From Vicinamibacterales bacterium (lineage in GTDB: Bacteria > Acidobacteriota > Vicinamibacteria > Vicinamibacterales > UBA8438): DNA of 64,000 nucleotides. Below, one piece after another: positions 22,034 through 32,866 of this stretch. The position numbers were made by a program, and so were the translations under genes. Each line of letters begins with the position of its first letter. Positions within the stretch are counted from its first letter, which is position 1. The stretch spans positions 448,767 to 512,766 of the forward strand of contig CBDCVL010000004.1 in the NCBI GenBank assembly GCA_965223015.1. The letters run 5' to 3'. The notes beneath the pieces are model-generated. The model was not told the DNA's origin, searched no databases, and worked only from the letters and a program-made list of their open reading frames with translations.

Positions 22034-23785
22034 TGGCCAGAACACCGGCACGAGCACAACCGCAACCGCGATGACGAGAACCGTCAGCGGGAGACCGAGG
22101 CGCGTGTAGTCTGTGAATCGATAGCCGCCCGGTCCGTAGACCATGATATTCGTCTGGTACGCGATCGGCGTCAGGAACGAAGCCGAGGCCGCAACTGCGA
22201 CCGCAATGGCGAACGGCCGATGGTCGAGACCGAGGTCCGCAGCCGTCGACATGGCAATCGGAAACACCAGGACCGCAGCGGCATTGTTCGTGATGATGCC
22301 AACAAGTGTCACCGTCGTCAGGATAACCCCGAACAACGCACCTCTTGCGCCCCAACCGCCGAACGCCGTGACCAGAAACTCCGCGGCCAACTCGGCAAGC
22401 CCCGAGGCCTGGAGGGCCGCCCCAAGACCGAACGCCCCGGCGATGACGATGATCACGTCCAGATCCACTGCGTTCTTTGCCTCTCCAGGTGTGAGCACAC
22501 CGATGACGACGAGGGCCAAAGCCCCGAGTAGCGCGGCATGGAGAACGGGAAGGACTCCCAGGGCGGCAGAGAGAACGATCGCAACGACCACAATGCCGAC
22601 GACCGGGGCCTTCTTCGTTGCCGCTGGCGTGACGCCGCCAAGCCGTGCCACCAACAGGAACACGCCTCTTTCGCGCCAGCGCTTTTCGAAGTCGGTGTCG
22701 GAGAGGACGAGAAGCGTGTCCCCTACCTTGAGCTGCACACGACCCAGTTGGGCATGGACCCTCCGCCCAGCGCGGTGGATCGCGACGACCGCGGCCTGGT
22801 ACCGGCTGCGGAAGTCTGCTTCCCTCAGCGTCTGGCCCACCAGCGGAGAGGTTGGTCCCAAAACGACTTCGAAAAAGGTGTGGCGCGTCGTATCGAACTT
22901 CGCGACGTGTTCGTGTTCGCTCGACACCAAGCCGGCTGTGCTCTGAACATCGACCACGACATCTGCCCGTCCGACAAAGGTAAGCGCGTCGCCGCCTCTC
23001 AGGACCGTGTCGGGTGTGACGGGAGCGATGACTTCGTTCTCCCGTTCGAGTTCGACGAGGAACACACCTTGAAGATGACGAAGATGACCTCCTTCGACTG
23101 TTCGCCCGTCGAGCGGTCCGCCACGGAGCACGGTCATCGTCACGGCGAATTCCCGGTATCCCTCGGTCAGATCTGCCCGTGCGGGACGCCTATCAGGTAA
23201 CAACCTCGGACTGAGCAAGAGCACGGAGCTGATTCCGAGAACGGCGATCGGCAACCCGATGGGTGTGAGCTCGAACATGGTGAGCGGGGCTTCGCCGGCC
23301 TCTGTCAGAAGACCAGACACCACGAGATTGGTCGATGTTCCGATAAGGGTGACCATCCCTCCGAAGATGGCCGCGAACGACAGCGGCATGAGGTACCGAG
23401 AGGGTGAGTGCCCGCTACGCTCGGCCCAGCTGGTCACTTGTGGAACGAGCATCGCGATGATCGGAGTGTTGTTCAAGAAGGCTGAGGAGGCAGCGGTGGG
23501 TGTCAGCAACCGTGCGAGCGTCCACCGCTGGTTCTCACTTCCTCCAAGTGTCGTCGCCACGAACGGCTGGAGCGCACGGGTCTTCTGGACCGCTCGCGAA
23601 ACGACATACAGGGCGGCCACCGTGATAGGTGCCGGATTGGAGAACCCGCCGAAAGCCTGCGCCGGAGTAATGACGTCGGCCACGAGAAGGATGACAACCG
23701 CAGCAACAACGGCGACTGGCGGGGCGATGATGTCCCGGGCCAATGTGGCGATCATGCCGCCCAGCACGACTAGCGTTAGCCACGA
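22025..23785 (-). pseudogene. SLC13/CitT-type permease with TrkA-C domains, cut off from its first codons (26198-26209) by an IS
   Basis: FLNNTP, GTSTN, TNNAAA and PIAYQTN motifs. Removing the IS restores MPWESWLTLVVLGG. An internal restart at 23767 is possible. Confidence 0.85.
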
Positions 23786-26193
23786 TCCTGCGCCCTAGGG
23801 TTTTCTTGGACACTTGATTGCGAGAGAGTACTCGCAGGAGGCGTGTCGAGATGGGGAAACCAGATCAAGAATCGGCGGCGGCGGAGGAAGCCCGAAGGGC
23901 GACCGGAGACGCCGCCGGGCGCGGCCGTGGGGGACGGTTGTCAGCCCGGCGCAAGCGCGAGACGGTGCTGCGTCTGCTGCGCGGAGAGGATCTCGAGTCC
24001 GTGTCGCGGGAGCTGGGGATCACGGCGGCGCGGGCCGCGCAGTGGCGGGATCAGTTTCTGGCCGCGGGCCAGGCCAGCCTGAAGAGCCGGGCGCCGGACG
24101 CCTGGGACGAGGCGAATCGTCGGCTGCAAGCCAAGATCGGTGAACTACTGATGGAGAACGAACTGCTCTACGCGAAGGTGGACCAGTTGGAGGTGGGCGG
24201 CCCTTTGGCCCGACGGAGGTCGAGGCGATGAAGGACGCCCACTCGATCTCCACGCGGCGGGCGTATGGCGTGCAGCGGGTCTGCCGCGTGTGGCACCGCG
24301 CCCGCTCTAAAGCGCTTTTCATGACCGTGTGGCGGCCGAGTACCCGCAGTGCCGAACATAGGTGCGGCATTCGTCAGGGCTGAAGTGCGCCAAGCACTCG
24401 CCGAGGAACGGCCAGAGCGTCTCGGTGCTGCGACAGCGAGCGGTGCGAACGAGGGCTTTGAGCTTCGCGAAGCAGAGCTCGATGGGATTGAGGTCCGGGC
24501 TGTAGGGTGGCAAGTACCAGAGGGTGGCCCCGGCGGCCTGGATGGCGCGTTGGATGCCGGCGACCTTGTGGGCCCCGAGATTGTCGGCAATGACGATGTC
24601 GCCGGGCTGCAGGGTCGGCACCAGGATCTGTTCGATGTAGGCGCGGAAGCTCTCGCCATCGATCGCGCCGTCGAAGACCCCCGGTGCGGTCAGCCCCGTG
24701 ACCCGCAACGCGGCGAGAAACGTGCTGGTCTGCCAGCGCCCGCAGGGGGCGTGGTCGTGGACGCGCGCGCCGCGCGGTGCCCGGCCGTACCGCCGAAGCA
24801 GATTGGTGGTGCTGCCGGTTTCGTCCAGACACACGAGGTGGGCGACATCCCAGGTCGGCGCCGCCGCGTGCCACGCGACCCGCGCGGCCGCGACGTCAGG
24901 CCGATCGTGTTCGGACGGGCGGACCGTTTTTTTTAACGGTCAGGCCGAGGGCCCGCACGGCGCGCCAGACCGTCGGCACACTCGCGGGCGTGGCGAGGGC
25001 GTCCTTCAGCTCAGCCAGCGTGCGATCCGGGTGCGCCGCAATCAGCGCGGCCAAGGTGTGTAGGTGCGGCTCAAGCATGCCGCGCCGTCCCTGTCGCTGG
25101 ACGCGAGGCGCCACCTCGCCCGTTTCGCGCCGCCGCTGTTTCAGTAGCCGCACCCACGACCCGCTCACGCGGTACTTCGCCGCCACATCGGCCGCCTTCA
25201 TCCCGGCATCGCTGTCGAGGAGCGCCCGCTCTCGCAGATCCATCGAATAGGCACGCATCGGTCCTCCTGCATCGGTATGCGCAGAAGTACCACGACCGCC
25301 CCAGGTAGTACAAGGCCTATTTGAAAAGCGCTTTAGCGTGTATGCGCGGCGGCAGGCGACAACGTCCCGGGCGCCGTGTCGGCGGCGTGGGCCGGTGGGC
25401 GCCGCCCCGGACGACGTGCTGGCCGGCCACATCCGCCGACTGCTCGAAGCCTCGCCCTTTCACGGCGAAGGGTACCGGAAAGCCTGGGCGAAGCTCCGGG
25501 TCGCGGGGATCCGCACCTCGCTGGAACGGGTGCGTCGGTTGATGCGGGAGCACGACCTCCAGGCCCCGCACCGCGTGGGCCACGCGCACGGCCCGAAGGC
25601 GCACGACGGCACGATCACCACCGCGGCCCCCGATGTGATGTGGGGCACGGACATGACGGCCACAGTGACCGTGGGCGAGGGCGCGGCCTTCGTCTTCGTG
25701 GCCGTCGATCACTGCACGACCGAGTGCATCGGCCTGCATGCGGCCAAGCGCGGGACCCGATTTGAGGCCCTGGAGCCGATCCGCCAGGGCGTCCGCGCCC
25801 GCTTCGGCACGATTGGCGAGGGCGTCGCCCGCGGGCTGCGTCTTCGGCACGACCACGGGTCGAACTATCTGGCTGACGACTTTCAACAGGAGGTGGCGTT
25901 CTTCGGCATCGAGAGCTCGCCGAGTTTCGTGCGGGAGCCCGAAGGCAACGGCGTCGCGGAACGCTTCATCCGCACGCTGAAGGAGAATTTGTTGTGGGTG
26001 CGGAGTTTCGACACCATCGAGGAGCTCCGCCTGGCCTTACTCGAGTTTAAGCGGACGTACAACGAGCAGTGGATGCTAGAGAAGTACCACTATCAAAGCC
26101 CCGCTCAGGTGCGACGTGACTTCGTCGGGCTGGACGCGGCAGCATAGATGCGAATACCGTCAAACCACTGTCCAAGAACCCTGGGGCGCTACA
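23786..26193 (+). mobile_element. IS3-family element (b); orfA 23851-24231, orfB 24228-26147 interrupted by IS630
   Basis: IRs GCGCCC.AGGG..TTCTTGGACA; TSD ACGA at 23782-23785 and 26194-26197; WGTD, DHGSNY and NGVAERF motifs. Confidence 0.88.
24310..25333 (-). mobile_element. IS630-family element, copy 1, nested in IS3(b); orfA 24896-25258, orfB reached across an A8 run
   Basis: TA duplication (24308-24309 and 25334-25335); IRs AAGCGCTTTTCA; DET, DNL and YSPDLNPIE motifs. Removal restores ARSSVYARR in the host orfB. Confidence 0.95.
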
Positions 26194-26302
26194 ACGACTC
26201 CCACGGCATCCGCAGAGACTCTACCCTTATTTCTCAAAGAGATCCTGCGTTGACTCTCTACGAGACGGGTGCTGGACGTGGGACCGGTCGTGAACTGCAC
26301 CG

Positions 26303-26812
26303 TCACCAACGATCGCGCCTGCGTCCCTTTCGGCGGCCTTGACCCCGACCCCGACCGCGATTGCCGCGGCGACGCCGACCGCGCCTAGGGCCCCGGTCTC
26401 GATACGGGGAACCGTAGCCATCGTATCGATACCGGTCGCCGCGCCCCCAGGACCGTCGGTCGTAATAGATCGGCGGCGCTCCGTAGCGTTCGACGTGCAC
26501 TTCCAGGAGCGGACACGACTCGTGATGGAAATCGTAGTTCCCTCTCCGATAGCAGTACGCGCCGCACCGATGCCTCGCATACCTGAGGCGCTGTCTCGTC
26601 CGGTAGTAGTACCCGGGGTGGACACCGTAGCTTCCGGTGGAGGGGGAGTGCAGACCCACGGAGAAGTGAACGCCGCCGATCTGAACATCGCCGACGAAAT
26701 CCCAGAACGTCTCGGCGTAGGCCTCCCTGGTGAACACCCCCGAGCCCGCGAGAGCTACCGGTGCCGACATGAGGGTGAGCATCTTTCGGCGCGTCAGTGT
26801 CTGTTGCCCCAT
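26303..26812 (-). CDS. Tat-signal protein with a Tyr/Arg/Gly-rich body
   Basis: TRRKML twin-arginine motif, AYA cleavage site, GGAGG RBS. Confidence 0.7.
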   Translation of the reverse strand: MGQQTLTRRKMLTLMSAPVALAGSGVFTREAYAETFWDFVGDVQIGGVHFSVGLHSPSTGSYGVHPGYYYRTRQRLRYARHRCGAYCYRRGNYDFHHESCPLLEVHVERYGAPPIYYDRRSWGRGDRYRYDGYGSPYRDRGPRRGRRRRGNRGRGRGQGRRKGRRRDRW

Positions 26813-27047
26813 GATCCGTGCCTCCGCTCAGTGATACATCACGAAGTGTGCCAATCCTTGAACGGTATTGTTCCCCCGCGGTTCCAGCGGTCAGACGATA
26901 GGGGACAGGTTTGTCGTCCGATCGAGAGGACGCAGGCGTACTCTTGGGAGTCTGCAGTGGAGATGGGCGGGAGGTACGAGTTGGAAGGGCCCTGAAACGC
27001 TAGCCTCCCACAGCGCGCTTCGAGTGTCAGTCGCGGACGGAGCAGGT

Positions 27048-28124
27048 TTAGCTTCGCGTCGGAGTCTCGGCCGTGTCGGAGTAGAGATGCACGTCCCGCT
27101 GCGGAAACGGGATCGCGATTCCCTCGGCGTTCAGTGCCTTGTAGATGGCCGTGTTGAGACCGTCCACGCACTGACCGCGCAGCTCGGGGAATTCGATCCA
27201 GCAAAGCACATTGAACACGAGCGCGGAATCGGCCATCTCTGTGAACTGGATGCGCGGCTCTGGATCGTCCGCGACTGATTCGACGCCCTGCGCGGCGCGC
27301 AGAAGGACTTCACGCACCTGATCGACGTCGGAGCCGTAGGCCACTCCCACCCCGACTGTCACCCTCGATTTCTTCGAAGGCCCGCCCGACTCGTTGATGA
27401 TCTTTCCGCTGGCGATGGCCGCGTTGGGAACCGTGATCTCGACGTCGTCTCGGGTCATCATTCGCGTGCTGCGAAGTCCGATCTTCGTGACACGCCCGCG
27501 CTCGCCGCCGTCGAGATTCACCCAATCCCCGGTCTTGTAGGGCGCGTCGGCGATGATCGACAGTCCCCCGAAGATGTTGGACAGCGTGTCCTGCGCCGCC
27601 AGCCCGAGCGCGAGGCCGGCGATGCCGGCCGATGCGAGCCAGCCTGTGATGTTTAGATTCCAGGCCAGGAGCAAGAAGTAGGATGCCGCACCCAGCAGGA
27701 TCAACCGGGTAAGGTTGTCGAACAGCGGCAACGTCCGATCGTCGATCCAGTCGGCGCCGAGCACCGCGTGACCCATCTTCCCGTGAATCAGAGAGATGAC
27801 CCGAAGTCCGGCGACGGCCCACACGAAGATCGCTATGGTCTGGGCGATGCTGTCTGTCCAACTGATCACGGCGTCGGGCGGACCGAGGATCAGCAGCGCC
27901 ATCCGCACGCCGAGCAACAGGACACTGAGGAAGATCGGGCGGTGCAACGCATCGATCAGCTTCTCGTCGAAGTCGGTGCGCGTGCGCCGGGCCAGTCGAC
28001 CAAGGGCTCCACACAGAAATAGCTCGATGAGCTTGGCTAGAACCACCGAGGCCAAAGCGACGGCCAGCGCCAGGACCACTGGGTGCTCCAGCCATTCGGG
28101 CGCCGACGAGAGCAGCGTTTCCAC
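27048..28124 (-). CDS. Small-conductance mechanosensitive channel (MscS family)
   Basis: GLALGLAAQDTLSN, IGLRST, VPNA, VAYGSD and IPFPQRDVH motifs. Confidence 0.95.
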   Translation of the reverse strand: METLLSSAPEWLEHPVVLALAVALASVVLAKLIELFLCGALGRLARRTRTDFDEKLIDALHRPIFLSVLLLGVRMALLILGPPDAVISWTDSIAQTIAIFVWAVAGLRVISLIHGKMGHAVLGADWIDDRTLPLFDNLTRLILLGAASYFLLLAWNLNITGWLASAGIAGLALGLAAQDTLSNIFGGLSIIADAPYKTGDWVNLDGGERGRVTKIGLRSTRMMTRDDVEITVPNAAIASGKIINESGGPSKKSRVTVGVGVAYGSDVDQVREVLLRAAQGVESVADDPEPRIQFTEMADSALVFNVLCWIEFPELRGQCVDGLNTAIYKALNAEGIAIPFPQRDVHLYSDTAETPTRS

Positions 28125-28261
28125 GGCCGTGATTCTATGCGGTAGGAAGGACGCGGAACAAGCGCTCAGCGGTAGGTCAACGTCACGATCTTGATCGTCG
28201 ATCCGCAGTGAACCAGGCCGTCGCCTGGGCCGTTACTGCGGACTGTCCCTTCCAGCGCGAC

Positions 28262-28477
28262 TCATCGCGACAAGTGGTCGCGTTTCCCTGCGGCCGCGAC
28301 TTGCTGCCGTGCCGGCTTCCCCGAGCCTGCATCGAGGCGTCCGACTCGACGCAGCGCATCCCGCAGGACGAACTCGATTTGGCCATTGAGACTGCGCAGA
28401 TCGTCGCCAGCCCAGCGCTGAAGCGCCTGCAGCACGTTCGGATCGATCCGCAGGAGAAACGGTTTCCGTGGCGGCAT
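28262..28477 (-). CDS. Small Arc/ribbon-helix-helix-like DNA-binding protein
   Basis: RKPFLLRID...WA.DDLRSLNGQIEFVL; typical partner of SPFH genes. Confidence 0.75.
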   Translation of the reverse strand: MPPRKPFLLRIDPNVLQALQRWAGDDLRSLNGQIEFVLRDALRRVGRLDAGSGKPARQQVAAAGKRDHLSR

Positions 28478-28501
28478 ATTTGGGTGCCGTCGTACGTTGC
28501 A

Positions 28502-29362
28502 CTACTGGTGAATGGTTCCGGTGTTCACCACCGGCTGAACTGAGCGTTCGCCACACAGCACGACGAGTAGATTGCTCACCATATTGGCCTTGCGCTCCTC
28601 GTCAAGATTAATGAGCTGTTGGCTCGAGAGCTTCTCGAGCGCCATCTCCACCATACCGACAGCTCCTTCGACGATCAGTTGGCGCGCTGCGATGATGGCC
28701 CCCGCCTGCTGGCGTTGCAGCATCGCCGCGGCGATCTCGGGAGCGTATGCTAGGTGGGTGATACGTGCCTCGAGTGTTTCTATTCCGGCTTGGTGAAGCC
28801 GTTGCTGGATCTCTGTCCGCAGGTGACCTGCGATCGTCGCCGTGGCTCCTCGTAGCGAGAGCTGTCCTTCATCCTGGGTGTCATAGGGGTATCGCGTGGC
28901 GAGATCCCGGACCGCGGACTCGCTCTGGACGCGAACGTAGTGCTCGTAGTCGTCTACCTCGAAGATCGCCTCCGCCGTATCAACGACTTTCCAGACGACC
29001 ACAGCTGCGATCTCGATGGGGTTGCCGTTGGTGTCGTTGACCTTGCTTCGTTCCGTTTCAAAGTTGCGAACCCGGAGTGAGACTCTACGCTTTGTGCAGA
29101 GCGGGTTGGCCCATCGCAGTCCCGCCTTCCGAACGGTGCCGACGTACTTGCCGAAGAGTTGAAGAACGCGACCCTCGTTCGGGTTGACGACGAAGAATCC
29201 AACGAAGAGAAAGCCGTCCACTACCAGAACCACGCCCGGGATGATCGCCAACTGTCCGCGCGTTGCGCTATAGATGAGGAGAAACACGGCGACGACGAGA
29301 ACTGCGACGAGGATGCCAAGCATGGGCCAGCCGGGTTGCACCGTGCGAGTTTGCTCTTTCAT
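28502..29362 (-). CDS. SPFH/band 7 domain protein
   Basis: Two N-terminal TM segments; [16 protein letters not shown]; LAYAPEIA; IVEGAVGMV. Confidence 0.92.
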   Translation of the reverse strand: MKEQTRTVQPGWPMLGILVAVLVVAVFLLIYSATRGQLAIIPGVVLVVDGFLFVGFFVVNPNEGRVLQLFGKYVGTVRKAGLRWANPLCTKRRVSLRVRNFETERSKVNDTNGNPIEIAAVVVWKVVDTAEAIFEVDDYEHYVRVQSESAVRDLATRYPYDTQDEGQLSLRGATATIAGHLRTEIQQRLHQAGIETLEARITHLAYAPEIAAAMLQRQQAGAIIAARQLIVEGAVGMVEMALEKLSSQQLINLDEERKANMVSNLLVVLCGERSVQPVVNTGTIHQ

Positions 29363-29388
29363 GCCCATCAATGGTCCTCCCTATTGAA

Positions 29389-29418
29389 TGATTTCATTAT
29401 GATATCATATTGAAATCT
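29389..29418. promoter_or_regulatory. 28-bp near-perfect palindrome made of three TGAWWTC boxes, candidate operator
   Basis: GATTTCATTATGAT|ATCATATTGAAATC (one mismatch) between the divergent SPFH and GNAT starts. Confidence 0.65.
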
Positions 29419-29438
29419 TGTCTGCAGAGGAAACTCTG

Positions 29439-29978
29439 ATGAGCGATGTCACCGTCAGGCGGGAGGTCAAGGACGACCTTCAAGCCATAGATCGGGTGAA
29501 CCGCGAGGTATTTGGGACGGGGGAGGAGGCGCTCATGGTTCGGACCGTTCGGGAAAGCGGCGAACCAATGATCTCGTTAGTGGCGATCGCGAACGGAAAC
29601 GTCGTAGGCCATGTCCTCTTTAGTCGGGCGACGATCAGCTCGGACGGCAGAGAATGGCCTGCCGTTGCGCTGGCTCCCATGGGCGTTCTGCCCGAGTATC
29701 AAGGGCGGCGGATAGGCAGCAAGCTCGTCGAACGCGGTCTCCAGGAATGTCGGGACGGGGGCTACGAAAGAGCTATCGTGTTGGGGCACCCGTCCTTCTA
29801 CACGCGGTTCGGGTTCAGACCAGCGCAGGAGTGGGACATTCGCTGGGAACACGCCCCGCCGGTTGAGGCGTTCGTGGCGGTGGCGCTGGTTTCGGGCGCG
29901 CTGGAAGAGTGCTCGGGCATCGCTCGATATCAACCTGCGTTCGATCCAGCAGAGAACGGCGACAAGGGTAGGTCCTGA
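29439..29978 (+). CDS. GNAT N-acetyltransferase (YhbS-like)
   Basis: LAPMGVLPEYQGRRIG and LGHPSFYTRFGF motifs. Confidence 0.9.
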   Translation: MSDVTVRREVKDDLQAIDRVNREVFGTGEEALMVRTVRESGEPMISLVAIANGNVVGHVLFSRATISSDGREWPAVALAPMGVLPEYQGRRIGSKLVERGLQECRDGGYERAIVLGHPSFYTRFGFRPAQEWDIRWEHAPPVEAFVAVALVSGALEECSGIARYQPAFDPAENGDKGRS

Positions 29979-30021
29979 TAGGCGCGCCCATTGTGTAGAC
30001 CTTGGAGCGTGACACTGCCAG

Positions 30022-31320
30022 TCACTGAACAGTCGAGCGCTCGCTGGCCTGCACGAGGTCGCCATCGCCGAGATTCCGGGCAACGTTGAACGGACCGGTG
30101 ATGACCATGTCGCCTTCGTTGAGGCCGACTAACACCTCGACGAATCGCTGGCCAGAGACGCCGGTCTCGATAGGCACGAACTCCGCTCGATCTTGCCGAA
30201 CGACGAAGACGCCCAGCGAGCGAGTGGTGTCAATGCCGGACCCTGCGGTGTTCAGACTGTCCAACTGGTCTTCGGTCAACCGAACCGCTCGCACGACCTC
30301 GCCCGCGTCATCAGTCTCGATCTCTCGGATGGTTGTCGCCTGAATCGGGACCGCGATCGCGTCTGCCCGGCTGGCCGTCGTGATGTCAACCGTGCAGGCG
30401 AAGCCAGCCCGCACGCCCGGTGTCTCCTCGTCCAGCGTCACCACGACCCGATATGCTGTGCCTTGCTGGCCACCCGCCTGGAGGGCGCTGATGCCGACCT
30501 CCGTGACCCGTCCGTCGTAGGTGTAATCGGGGAACGCGTCGATCGTCACCCTGGCAGGCTGCCCCGGACGTACGGCCGGAACGTCGATCTCATCGACGTT
30601 CACTTCGGCATCGAGGATCGAGAGGTCCGCGATCGTCAGTAGGAGCGTGTCCGGGTTGCTCATCGTGCCGACGAGCACGCTCTCGCCCGTTTCGACGTTA
30701 CGCCGGCTCACCACGCCGTCGATCGGCGAGACCATCGTTACCTGCGTGACGTCGTACTTCGCACTGTCGAGCAGCGCACGCTCCTGGCGGACCCGCTGCA
30801 CGGCTGTCCGGACCTCGACCTCCCGTGCCTCGAGCGCATGCTGCTGCAGCTCGACCTCTCTGATGGCCTGGTCGTACGCCTCGCGAGAGATGAGTCGCTG
30901 CTCCCACAGCTCCCCCTGCCGTTCGAGGGTCTCCCGAGCCAGATCTAGGCTGACGGCCGCCGTCTGGACTCCGACTTCGGCCCCTTCCTGTGCGGACTGG
31001 GCGGCGCGGAGCGAAGCCTCGCTTCGCGTCAAGGCGGAGCGCACCGACTCAGGATCAATCTCGAGCAGAAACTGTCCCGCTGTGACCCGCTCGCCCTCTT
31101 CGACCTCCAGCCGGGTCACCCGCCCCGCGACGCTACTGCTGATATCAACCGACAGTTTGGGCTGGATCGTTCCAGAAGCGGAGACAATCTGCAGAAGGGT
31201 CCGGCGGGCGATCGGTTCGACCGTGACCTCAGGCGCGTTTGATCGCTGATAGTTCAGGTTGACAAAGATGAGCGCCGCACCGGTAGCGATCACCAACACA
31301 CTAACAAGAAGCTTTCGCAT
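30022..31320 (-). CDS. Efflux periplasmic adaptor subunit (HlyD/MacA type)
   Basis: SASGTI, VEEGERV..GQ.L, coiled coil, SPIDGVV, VDEID and GL.EGD motifs. Confidence 0.9.
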   Translation of the reverse strand: MRKLLVSVLVIATGAALIFVNLNYQRSNAPEVTVEPIARRTLLQIVSASGTIQPKLSVDISSSVAGRVTRLEVEEGERVTAGQFLLEIDPESVRSALTRSEASLRAAQSAQEGAEVGVQTAAVSLDLARETLERQGELWEQRLISREAYDQAIREVELQQHALEAREVEVRTAVQRVRQERALLDSAKYDVTQVTMVSPIDGVVSRRNVETGESVLVGTMSNPDTLLLTIADLSILDAEVNVDEIDVPAVRPGQPARVTIDAFPDYTYDGRVTEVGISALQAGGQQGTAYRVVVTLDEETPGVRAGFACTVDITTASRADAIAVPIQATTIREIETDDAGEVVRAVRLTEDQLDSLNTAGSGIDTTRSLGVFVVRQDRAEFVPIETGVSGQRFVEVLVGLNEGDMVITGPFNVARNLGDGDLVQASERSTVQ

Positions 31321-31330
31321 GTGAATGACG

Positions 31331-32056
31331 TCAACTCGTGAACAGTCCCCAACCGACTGCGATCCCAGTGGCAACCGCGGCGTACAGGAGGAGAAACACC
31401 GCGGCGATCGGACCCGACCGACGCGTCGCGAAGACCGACAGGCCAATCGCCAACAGCACCACTTGCCACACGATGAACAGGTCGACGGCGCTGAGAAACC
31501 GCACGGGGAACGTGGCCGGCTCGAGCATCGGCACGAACGCGGCGAGCGTCGATGGGCTAGATAGCGCCCCGCGGGCGTAGTTGAGTGGCGTCTGGAACAG
31601 CTGCTGCACAATGCCGATGACCCCGACATGCACAACCACGGCGTACACCTGTACGAACGACACGCGGGCGGCAAGAAACGCGTTTGCGAAAGTAAACAGA
31701 AGGCCGCTGAGGACGAGGGTCACGACGGGGATCGTGAAGATGAGCGTTCCCGCCTGCAGGAACGCGGAGGAGTTGGTGGCCTGGGTTATCTGAGCGAACT
31801 GCTCGTCACTGAAAGTCAACCCGAGTTCCTCAAACGTGGTTTGCTGCAGCGCGACGAGCGCCTGCTGACCGACCTCGGTGCTCATGAACGCACCGGTGAT
31901 GAGTGCCGGAACGGCGGTCGTCAGTGCCAGCATCCCCAACCACTTGGGAGTCGCCATCACCGCCTCGAACGTTGGCCGGGGTGACCAGATCACACCGAGG
32001 GTTCGCCGGAGGAGGCCTGGCAGCGACGGTCCGCCCACGGGCTTCGGTGACGTCAT
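31331..32056 (-). CDS. YIP1-family membrane protein
   Basis: SPRPTFE, five hydrophobic segments, DLFIVW; directly upstream of the adaptor gene. Confidence 0.75.
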   Translation of the reverse strand: MTSPKPVGGPSLPGLLRRTLGVIWSPRPTFEAVMATPKWLGMLALTTAVPALITGAFMSTEVGQQALVALQQTTFEELGLTFSDEQFAQITQATNSSAFLQAGTLIFTIPVVTLVLSGLLFTFANAFLAARVSFVQVYAVVVHVGVIGIVQQLFQTPLNYARGALSSPSTLAAFVPMLEPATFPVRFLSAVDLFIVWQVVLLAIGLSVFATRRSGPIAAVFLLLYAAVATGIAVGWGLFTS

Positions 32057-32404
32057 TGTGGTGTCTCGAGGCACGCCTGACCACCGTCTCGCTCTGGGAC
32101 GTGTTCTTCGCGATGTGTCGCTGCGCAAGACGTGAGTATTGTCACGTTGAGGTCGAGAATAGCAGACATCCCGTTCGCCCTGACCGTCGGAACGGGCGGT
32201 AAGTTGACATGGTCGGGCCAAGCCGGGCAACAATACAGCCGTGTTGCGCGCCTCCGCCCTGCCGAGCTTTGCCGTCGGAGTGGCCTGGCCGCGCGCGCGT
32301 TCGGAATTCTGGCCGATGGGAGGACCAGTGACGCCTCGGGGAACTCAAGCTCCTCTCACCTCCCGGAGCGGCGAAGGTAGTATAGGGGAAGATGTACACG
32401 GGTC

Positions 32405-32866
32405 GTGATTGAGCACTGGCAAGAGCACCCCCTGGGGCTTGTTCATCTACTAACTGCGGTCTTGGCGATCGCATTCGGTACGGTCATTGTCTTCATCCGT
32501 AAGGGTACCCGAGTGCACCGATGGCTTGGTCGCGGCTACGTTGCGTCGATGCTGGGCGTGAACCTGACGGCATTCGTGATCTACGAGTTGTTCGACGGAT
32601 TTGGCCTGTTTCACTGGATGGCGCTCGCCAGCCTTGCGACAGTAGTGATCGGCTATCTTCCTACGTGGCGTAAGAACTCTGGTTGGAAGGTCACGCACGC
32701 CTACTTCATGACGGGTTCGTATGTCGGCTTGCTTGCCGCATTGGCTGCGGAGACCTTCACGCGTACGGCGGTTCTGCCGTTCTTCAGTGCTGTGGCCGCT
32801 TCATAGCTTGCGGTGATTGCCGTGGGCGCGTGGTTGATGCGGCGCTTGATACCGCGCCTCGTGTAG
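32405..32866 (+). pseudogene. DUF2306-like membrane protein with an internal TAG at 32804-32806
   Basis: RKGT..HRWLGRGY and H...M..SY motifs. The frame continues hydrophobic past the stop (LAVIAVGAWLMRR) to TAG 32864-32866. Confidence 0.65.

Noticed and set aside
32804-32806. Pyrrolysine or other amber recoding
   Set aside because: No pyl genes are in the window and many genes here end in TAG.
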